Positions 25,923 through 32,000 of a DNA stretch of 32,000 bases are shown in pieces. The position numbers and the translations under genes are program-made. Every line of letters starts with the position of its first letter. Position 1 is the stretch's first letter. The notes beneath the pieces were generated by a model that searched no databases, was not told the DNA's origin, and saw nothing but the letters and a program-made list of their open reading frames with translations. The stretch is from the NCBI RefSeq assembly GCF_000195755.1, contig NC_002937.3, forward strand, positions 2,820,001-2,852,000. Reading direction: 5' to 3'. This stretch comes from Nitratidesulfovibrio vulgaris str. Hildenborough (GTDB lineage: Bacteria; Desulfobacterota; Desulfovibrionia; Desulfovibrionales; Desulfovibrionaceae).

Positions 25923-26648
25923 CTATCCGCCGAGATACGCCTTCTTGACCTCCGGGTCGCTGGCAAGTTGCTCGCTGCTTCCCTCGGCCACAATCTCGCC
26001 GGTGTCCAGCACATAGCCACGGTCGGCGACCTGCAAGGCGAGTCGGGCGTTCTGTTCGACAACCACGATGGTCAGCCCTTCACGGTTGAGTTGCTTGAGC
26101 GTGCGGAACATCTCGTACATGAGCAGCGGCGCAAGGCCCATCGACGGTTCATCAAGCAGCAGCAGTTCACAGTTGGTCATCAGCGCGCGCCCCACGGCAA
26201 GCATCTGCTGCTCACCACCTGAGAGGGTGTCGCTGCGCTGGTCGCGCCGTTCGGCAAGTCGCGGAAAGAGGTCGAAGATGCGGTCGAGGTCCTTCCCGAT
26301 GGCGGGGTCGCTCCCGCGCGAGTAGGTCGCCAGCATCAGGTTCTCCATCACCGAAAGGTTGCCGAAGATATGCCGCCCTTCCGGTACGAGGGCGATACGC
26401 AGCTTGCGTACCACATCATGCGGCTCGACGTTCAGCAGCGACTGCCCCTTGTAGGTGATGTCGCCAGCCGAGACCCGCGGTGCCTCCGGCGGAGGCAGAC
26501 GCATGATGGACTTGAGCGTCGTGGACTTTCCGGCGCCGTTGGCTCCGATAAGGGTGACGATCTCACCCTCGTTCACGTGGAACGTGAGGCCGTGCAAGGC
26601 CTCGATGTTGCCGTACCTGACCTTGAGGTTGTCTATGGAGAGCAGCAT
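25923..26648 (-). CDS. livF: Branched-chain amino acid ABC transporter ATP-binding protein LivF
   Basis: ATG at 26648 overlaps the livG stop (ATGA). MLLSIDNLKVRYGNIEALHGLTF..., Walker A GANGAGKST, signature LSGGEQQML, Walker B LLLLDEPS, ending EVKKAYLGG. The track ORF extension to 27083 overlaps livG and is rejected. Confidence 0.9.
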   Translation of the reverse strand: MLLSIDNLKVRYGNIEALHGLTFHVNEGEIVTLIGANGAGKSTTLKSIMRLPPPEAPRVSAGDITYKGQSLLNVEPHDVVRKLRIALVPEGRHIFGNLSVMENLMLATYSRGSDPAIGKDLDRIFDLFPRLAERRDQRSDTLSGGEQQMLAVGRALMTNCELLLLDEPSMGLAPLLMYEMFRTLKQLNREGLTIVVVEQNARLALQVADRGYVLDTGEIVAEGSSEQLASDPEVKKAYLGG

Positions 26649-27415
26649 CAGATTGTATCGTCCCCCAGATAGGCCTTGATGACCACCGGATTCGTCTGGA
26701 TCGTCTCCGGGGTGCCGTCGGCAATGGTGCTGCCGAAGTCGATGACCTTGATGCGCTGGCACAGCGACATCACCACCTTCATCTGGTGTTCGATCATCCA
26801 GATGGTGATGTCGAACTCGTCGTGAATCCAGCGAATGAGCCTGATAAGACCATCCACATCTACGGAATTGAGGCCCGCCGCAGGCTCGTCGAGCAGCAGC
26901 AGCTTGGGCTTCATGGACATGGCGCGTGCAATCTCGACCCTGCGCTGCATGCCGTAGGGCAGGTTGCGGGGCACCTCGTTCGCATACTCCTTGAGGTCCA
27001 TGGCCTCGAGCATCTCCCAGGCGATGGCGTCGATGGCCTTCTCGCCTGCTGTGTAGCGCCGGGTACGCAGGAAGGCATCCCACAGGGTGTACCCCAGGCG
27101 GTGATGCTGTGCGATGCGGATGTTGTCGAGCACCGACAGGTCGTGCCAGAGACGGATGTTCTGGAACGTACGGGCGATGCCGAGCGCCGTCACCTGATGT
27201 GGACGCAGGCCGCGTGTGGGAGTGCCGTCGAAGGTGATGGAACCTTCCGTGGGCGTATAGAACCCCGAGGTGAGGTTGAACACCGTGGTCTTGCCCGCAC
27301 CGTTGGGGCCGATGAGCCCCGCCAGTTCACCCGCTTCCAGCTCGATGTTGAAGTCGGAGACCGCCTGCAACCCGCCGAAGCGCTGCGTCAGTCCCTTGAT
27401 TTCAAGTAGTGCCAT
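26648..27415 (-). CDS. livG: Branched-chain amino acid ABC transporter ATP-binding protein LivG
   Basis: 255 aa. LLEIKGLTQRFGGLQAV, Walker A GPNGAGKTT, LPYGMQRRVEIARA, LLLLDEPAAG, IEHQMKVVM, IKAYLG. Confidence 0.9.
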   Translation of the reverse strand: MALLEIKGLTQRFGGLQAVSDFNIELEAGELAGLIGPNGAGKTTVFNLTSGFYTPTEGSITFDGTPTRGLRPHQVTALGIARTFQNIRLWHDLSVLDNIRIAQHHRLGYTLWDAFLRTRRYTAGEKAIDAIAWEMLEAMDLKEYANEVPRNLPYGMQRRVEIARAMSMKPKLLLLDEPAAGLNSVDVDGLIRLIRWIHDEFDITIWMIEHQMKVVMSLCQRIKVIDFGSTIADGTPETIQTNPVVIKAYLGDDTI

Positions 27416-27424
27416 GACCTCCCC

Positions 27425-28501
27425 CTATTTGAGCGTGTACCAGCGGCGCAGTTTCGGGAAGACGTCGGACAACTCGCGGTTGCCCATGATGCCCTCCGGT
27501 CTGAACTGCATGAGCAGAATGAGGATGAGCGGGATGATGACCCACTTCCATATCTGGCTCAGCTCATACCCGTCGGGGAGCAGCCCAACGCTGTGCAGTA
27601 CCGAATCGAGACCGGGAATGACGAACCGCAACGACTCGATGAGCAGCGTGAACAGGATGGCGGACATCACCGACCCCGAAAGCGAGGCCATGCCGCCAAG
27701 GTAGACCATCACCAGCCCTTCGGTGGACTTGAGGATGTTGAAGGCCTGCGGGTTCACGTAACCGAAGATGTGCGCGTACAGCCCCCCCGCCACCCCGGCA
27801 AGACCGGAGGAGACCATGAAGGCCGTCAGCTTGATGTGGTTGGTGTCGACGCTCATGATTTCCGCCGCGACCTCGTCCTGACATACGGCGGAGATGCCCT
27901 TGCCGTAGGTCGAGGTCACAAGGCGGCGCAGCAGCCACAGTGAGAACAGCGTTCCCAGAAGCACCCAGATGAGCATCCACGGTATGTCTGCGAGGTCGCG
28001 CATACCGTTGATGACCTTCTTCATGCCATGAAAACCGCGCGGCCCTCCGATGAACTCGAGGTTCTCGATGAGCGAGATGACGATGTAGTTGGCCGCGATG
28101 GTGATGATGGCGAGATAGTCGCCACGGGTGCGGAACGAGGGCAGGGCCACCAGCAGGCCGAAGCCCGCCGCCACGAAGCCCCCGATGGCGATGACCACGG
28201 GGAACAGCAGCGGTGCGAGCTCAGGGGGGAGCAACGCGGCCCCGAGCAGCTTGTTGTTGGTGAACAGCGTCACGGAAAGCAGCGACGAGACATAGGCCCC
28301 GACGCACATGAACCCGGCATGACCGCACGAGAACTCGCCCATGTAGCCGTTCACGATGTTGAGGCTGGCGGCGAATATGATGTTGATGCCGATGAACATC
28401 AACACCGTCTCGGAGTACTGGTCGAGCACGCCGAACTGCGACAGGCCCACCACCAGCAGGCAGAGGGCCGCGAGCACGATGTTGAGGGTGTAGTTGCGCA
28501 T
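27425..28501 (-). CDS. livM: Branched-chain amino acid ABC transporter permease LivM
   Basis: 358-aa polytopic membrane ORF. SLNIVNGYMGEFSCGHAGFMCVGAY is typical of LivM. Operon position fits. Confidence 0.88.
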   Translation of the reverse strand: MRNYTLNIVLAALCLLVVGLSQFGVLDQYSETVLMFIGINIIFAASLNIVNGYMGEFSCGHAGFMCVGAYVSSLLSVTLFTNNKLLGAALLPPELAPLLFPVVIAIGGFVAAGFGLLVALPSFRTRGDYLAIITIAANYIVISLIENLEFIGGPRGFHGMKKVINGMRDLADIPWMLIWVLLGTLFSLWLLRRLVTSTYGKGISAVCQDEVAAEIMSVDTNHIKLTAFMVSSGLAGVAGGLYAHIFGYVNPQAFNILKSTEGLVMVYLGGMASLSGSVMSAILFTLLIESLRFVIPGLDSVLHSVGLLPDGYELSQIWKWVIIPLILILLMQFRPEGIMGNRELSDVFPKLRRWYTLK

Positions 28502-28523
28502 GTCGTATCCCGTCGGGTGAGCG

Positions 28524-29444
28524 TTAGATCTTGGTGGTCTTCGCCACGCCGAACAGTCCGGTGGGCCGCTGCCACATGATGAAGAGCAGAATCGAGAAGG
28601 CGAACAGGTCGCGGAACGTGGAGGGGAAGACCGCCGCCACCATGATCTCGATGAACGCCAGCAGGAAGCCTCCGATGAACGCCCCGCGGATATCGCCTAT
28701 GCCGCCCACGACGGCGGCGATGAAGGCCTTCCACCCCACCATGGCTCCCATGTAGGGATCGAGGATGGGGTACGACATGGCGAAGAGCAGCCCCGCAAGA
28801 CCGGCAAAACCGGAGCCGAGCACGAAGGTGAAGACGATGATACTGTCGAGCGGGATACCCATGAGCGGCAGCGCGAACTTGTCCCACGCCACCGCGCGCA
28901 TGGCCATGCCGATGCGGGTACGCGTGACGATGAACTGCAGAAGCGCGAAGACGAGAAAGGCGGTGACGATGACCATGAGCTTCAGGTTGGTCACCGAAAC
29001 GGTGCCGATGGTGTACACCACCTTGTCGATCATCTCCGGCAGAGCCTTGCGGCTGGCGCCCAGCAGGGCGAGGTTGCCGTTCTCGAGCATGATGCCGCAC
29101 ATGAGTGCGGTGATGACCACATACAGGCGGTGGGCCCCCTTGCGGCGCAGGGGTCTGTAGGCCACCCGTTCGAGGGTGACCCCGACGCCTGCGGTCAGGA
29201 CCATGGTCAGCGGCACGGTGAGGGCAAGGGCCATGGGCCCCGAAAGTTCGAAGAATCCCCCTATCTGCCCGAGCAGGATGGAGGCAACGAAGAACGAGAT
29301 GTACGCGCCCACCATGAAGATGTCGCCGTGGGCGAAGTTGATGAGCAGAAGTACGCCGTACACCAGCGTATAACCGAGCGCGATGAGGGCGTAGAAACTC
29401 CCCCATTGCAACGCGTTGAATATGTTCTGGATGAACGTTTCCAC
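28524..29444 (-). CDS. livH: Branched-chain amino acid ABC transporter permease LivH
   Basis: GTG 29444 lies about 10 nt after GGAGGG (revcomp of 29455-29460). N-terminus VETFIQNIFNALQWGSFYALIALGYTLVYGVLLLINFAHGD is the canonical LivH start. The track ORF extension to 29612 overlaps the binding-protein gene and is rejected. Confidence 0.88.
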   Translation of the reverse strand: METFIQNIFNALQWGSFYALIALGYTLVYGVLLLINFAHGDIFMVGAYISFFVASILLGQIGGFFELSGPMALALTVPLTMVLTAGVGVTLERVAYRPLRRKGAHRLYVVITALMCGIMLENGNLALLGASRKALPEMIDKVVYTIGTVSVTNLKLMVIVTAFLVFALLQFIVTRTRIGMAMRAVAWDKFALPLMGIPLDSIIVFTFVLGSGFAGLAGLLFAMSYPILDPYMGAMVGWKAFIAAVVGGIGDIRGAFIGGFLLAFIEIMVAAVFPSTFRDLFAFSILLFIMWQRPTGLFGVAKTTKI

Positions 29445-29502
29445 TGTCGCCTGTCCCTCCGTGAAGCGCAGCCCCTGGCGCGGCGCGCGGGGGGCAATGG
29501 AC

Positions 29503-29527
29503 GGGCGGCGCGCGATGCGCGCCGCCC
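29503..29527 (-). other. Intercistronic GC stem-loop between the binding-protein and permease genes
   Basis: GGGCGGCGCGC, loop GAT, GCGCGCCGCCC (11-bp perfect stem), with no U-tract. Likely an mRNA-stabilising or attenuating hairpin that favours binding-protein excess. Confidence 0.45.
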
Positions 29528-29553
29528 CCTCGTGTCGATGCGGGTGTCGGCCG

Positions 29554-30711
29554 TTACGGGCAGACGGATTCGGTGAAGACGAACTCGCCCTTGTCGCTGA
29601 TCTTGACGACAACGGCGCACTTGATGGGGTCGCCTTCGGCGTCGAACTTCATCTTGCCGGTGATGCCGTCGAAGGTGGTGATGGCCGAGATGTTGTCGCG
29701 GATGAGCTTGCGCATCTTGCGGACATCCTTCTCGACCTTGCCGCCGTTCTGGATGGCGGTCAGCACGATGCGGGTGGCGTCCCAGGTCAGCGCGGCCACG
29801 TCGTCGGGGATGTAGCCGTAGCGGTTGGTGTACTTGTCGATGAATTCCTTGGTGGCGCCGGTGGCACCAGCCGCGGCGTAGTGGGTCGAGAAGAACTGGC
29901 CCACGCAATCCTTGCCGCACAGGGTCATGAGTTCGGCAGAACCCCACGCGTCGGAACCCATGAAGGGGCCCTTCCAGCCAAGGTCATGCGCCTGCTTCAC
30001 GATGAGTGCCACGATGTTGTAGTTCTCGGGCAGGAAGATGAAGTCGGGCTTGGCTGCGAGCAGCTTGGTCAGCTGGGCCGAGAAGTCCTGGTCCTTGGTG
30101 CCGTGCGACTCGAAGGCGACCACGGTGCCCTTGCCGTGCTTCTCTTCCCACTTCACGCGGAAGATGTCGGCAAGGCCCTTGGAGTAGTCGTTGGAGACGT
30201 CGAACATGACGGCGGCGGTCTTGGCGCCGAACTGCTTCGAGGCGAAGTTCACGACCACAGGAGCCTGGAAGGGGTCGAGGAAGGCGGCGCGGAACACCCA
30301 GGGACGCCCCTTGGTGGTGTCGGGGTTGGTGGACCACGGCGAGATGAGCGGGGTCTCGTTGTCGTCGGCGACGCCGCCAGCGGGCACAGCCTGCTTGGAG
30401 GAGTTGGGGCCGACGATGGCGAGCACCTGATCGCGCTCGATGAGCTTGAGTGCCGCGTTGACGGCCGACTCAGGCTTGGACTCGTTGTCCTCATACACGA
30501 ATTCGAGCATGTACTTCTTGCCGCCCACTTCGAGACCGCCCTTGGCGTTGATCTCGTCGCGCAGCATCTCGGCGGCGAACTTGGAGGCCTCGCCGACCTT
30601 GGGGATGTCACCGGTGAGCGGGATGTCGAAGCCTATCTTGATGGTATCGGCCGCATACGCTGCCGAAGCCATCAGAAGGAGCATCAGCATGGACAGAACG
30701 GTTTTCCTCAT
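29554..30711 (-). CDS. livK: Periplasmic branched-chain amino acid-binding protein (LivK/LivJ family)
   Basis: 385 aa. Signal peptide MRKTVLSMLMLLLMASAAYA. IKIGFDIPLTGDIPKVGE...AIVGPNSS is typical of type I periplasmic binding proteins of the Leu/Ile/Val family. First gene of the operon. Confidence 0.88.
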   Translation of the reverse strand: MRKTVLSMLMLLLMASAAYAADTIKIGFDIPLTGDIPKVGEASKFAAEMLRDEINAKGGLEVGGKKYMLEFVYEDNESKPESAVNAALKLIERDQVLAIVGPNSSKQAVPAGGVADDNETPLISPWSTNPDTTKGRPWVFRAAFLDPFQAPVVVNFASKQFGAKTAAVMFDVSNDYSKGLADIFRVKWEEKHGKGTVVAFESHGTKDQDFSAQLTKLLAAKPDFIFLPENYNIVALIVKQAHDLGWKGPFMGSDAWGSAELMTLCGKDCVGQFFSTHYAAAGATGATKEFIDKYTNRYGYIPDDVAALTWDATRIVLTAIQNGGKVEKDVRKMRKLIRDNISAITTFDGITGKMKFDAEGDPIKCAVVVKISDKGEFVFTESVCP

Positions 30712-31088
30712 CGCTAGCCTCCTCGCAAGGTGATGAATGAAATGACGGTTCGCAATTAGTACAGCAATCAGCGGGAGATGGGAACATCATTTATCAATTT
30801 TGTCCTTATTGTAAACAGCATATAAAATCAATATGTTATAACTTGACATTATTGTTATAATAAAATACGCGTATTTTCAGTATGTTAACTTTGTAGCATT
30901 AGATTACGGTCTGTTTTAATTCCATGCATACTGAATGACAAAACAGTCGTTTTTTAATATATTGATTTCAGTGCAGTTATGGAATGACAAGCCACCACCG
31001 AGATTTCTGTGCAACCGTTTTAGTGGTCTGAAAAACTACCATTTACAGCATCGTCAAACGATTAAACGCGCAAACACACAGGGTCGCC
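30712..31088. promoter_or_regulatory. AT-rich divergent control region between the liv operon and the epimerase-like gene
   Basis: About 375 bp that is far more AT-rich than anything else in the host part. Perfect TTGACA at 30843-30848. Repeated TGTTATAA (30834-30841, 30853-30860) and TATGTTA (30832-30838, 30881-30887). No convincing complete promoter could be assembled by eye. Confidence 0.45.
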
Positions 31089-32000
31089 ATGTTAGCCATC
31101 CCATTCCACAAAATGAGTCCCGGCGGAAACACCACCATCCTCGTCCCCCACTCCGCTGTAGATGCCCTTCACAGGGCCCCTGTCGCCACGCGGCTCATGC
31201 ACGGCCTCCACCTTGGGGCGGAACAGGTGGGCTTCATCGACATGGGGTCTTCCATCCCCCGCCTCGACATGATGGGAGGCGAATTCTGCGGCAATGCCTG
31301 CCGCTGCCTTGCCGCACTCCTCCTGCTTGAAGGACGGGTGCAGGACGACGGACAAGGAGGGAGCACAGGGCGCATCGCCGCCTCCGGCGTATCGACTCCG
31401 GTACACTTCACAGCAAGGCACCTGCCTGACGGTGCAGTGGACGCCTCCATACGCATGGACCTTCCCGCCATGCCAGACATGGTCGACATCGCACCGGGCA
31501 TGAGCCTTGTCCGCCTTCCCGGCATCAGCCACCTGTTGCTCGACCTTGCGCTTCACCCCTACCCCGGACGCCCCGGTGAGACAGTGCCAGGCATCCTGCG
31601 GCGCTACGGACTGGATGAGGCACCCGCTGCGGGGTGCATCTGGTTCGGTGAAAACGGCGGAAGGCGGTTCATCAAGCCGGTAGTGCATGTCCGGGACACC
31701 GCCACCATCCATGAAGAGACGGCGTGCGGGTCGGGGACGCTGGCGCTGGCATTGCACCTCTCGCGCCACGCCGCCCCTGCGGCTGATGCCATCGACAAGG
31801 CCGCAAGCCCCGCAACGGGCAAGCCAGCCGAACGCATCACCCGCGTACCCCGTGATTGCTGCACTCCTCCGGATGATGCGGAGTGCACGAACGACGCGTG
31901 GCACGTCATCGGACAACCAAGCGGTGCCGTCATCCGTGCCACAGTGAAGGCGGGTGCCGACGGCATCGAGGCATGGATTGGCGGGCCTGTGACCCTCATC
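31089..32000 (+). CDS. DapF-superfamily PLP-independent amino-acid epimerase/racemase, 5' partial view (runs off the window)
   Basis: Not in the ORF track because no stop falls inside the window. My translation: MLAIPFHKMSPGGNTTILV...MMGGEFCGNACRCLAALLL...IHEETACGSGTLALALHL... Two Cys motifs (FCGNACR, ACGSGT) sit at DapF-like spacing. The frame is open to position 32000. Confidence 0.7.
   Translation, partial: MLAIPFHKMSPGGNTTILVPHSAVDALHRAPVATRLMHGLHLGAEQVGFIDMGSSIPRLDMMGGEFCGNACRCLAALLLLEGRVQDDGQGGSTGRIAASGVSTPVHFTARHLPDGAVDASIRMDLPAMPDMVDIAPGMSLVRLPGISHLLLDLALHPYPGRPGETVPGILRRYGLDEAPAAGCIWFGENGGRRFIKPVVHVRDTATIHEETACGSGTLALALHLSRHAAPAADAIDKAASPATGKPAERITRVPRDCCTPPDDAECTNDAWHVIGQPSGAVIRATVKAGADGIEAWIGGPVTLI

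Noticed and set aside
26649-27083. N-terminal extension of livF (track ORF 25923..27083) and extension of livH to 29612.
   Set aside because: Both extensions overlap the upstream gene in another frame. The canonical LivF (MLLSIDNL) and LivH (VETFIQNIF) N-termini with ATGA coupling or an SD mark the true starts.
1-32000. Search for CRISPR arrays, IS elements, integrase or transposase genes, and rRNA.
   Set aside because: I found no regularly spaced direct repeats, no transposase- or integrase-like ORFs, and no rRNA-like sequence in this window.

Overview
High-GC (about 65-70%) Desulfovibrio-type chromosome; the gene content resembles my recollection of Desulfovibrio/Nitratidesulfovibrio vulgaris, but I could not search to confirm. 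Positions 1 to ~14.4 kb are the late/tail module and right end of a Mu-like contractile-tail prophage, in Mu order: gp37/38-like, sheath, tube, frameshifted chaperone pair, tape measure, gpN, gpP, gp45, gp46, gp47, gp48, tail fibre, fibre assembly, then Com plus a DNA methyltransferase. A tRNA-Leu(GAG) lies at 14620-14706 (-). Host genes follow: DUF1786, paaK-like ligase, DUF456, trmJ-like methyltransferase, a Cache/PAS chemoreceptor, a 1062-aa PEP-utilising dikinase-like protein, a livKHMGF-type ABC operon on the minus strand, and a DapF-superfamily epimerase running off the window. The most interesting signals are two foreign islands of about 32-33% GC (hand counts) inside the otherwise tightly packed tail operon. 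One is a self-contained promoter-CDS-terminator cassette for a 275-aa orphan protein between sheath and tube. The other is an antisense gene for a small membrane protein between gp45 and gp46. Both share a 15/16-nt motif at their right-hand junction. A 57-bp relic of a second tube allele that differs only at synonymous sites marks a recombination scar next to the first island. I propose these islands as candidate prophage accessory (defence or exclusion) genes of undescribed type. All family calls rest on motif recognition and synteny, not on database searches.
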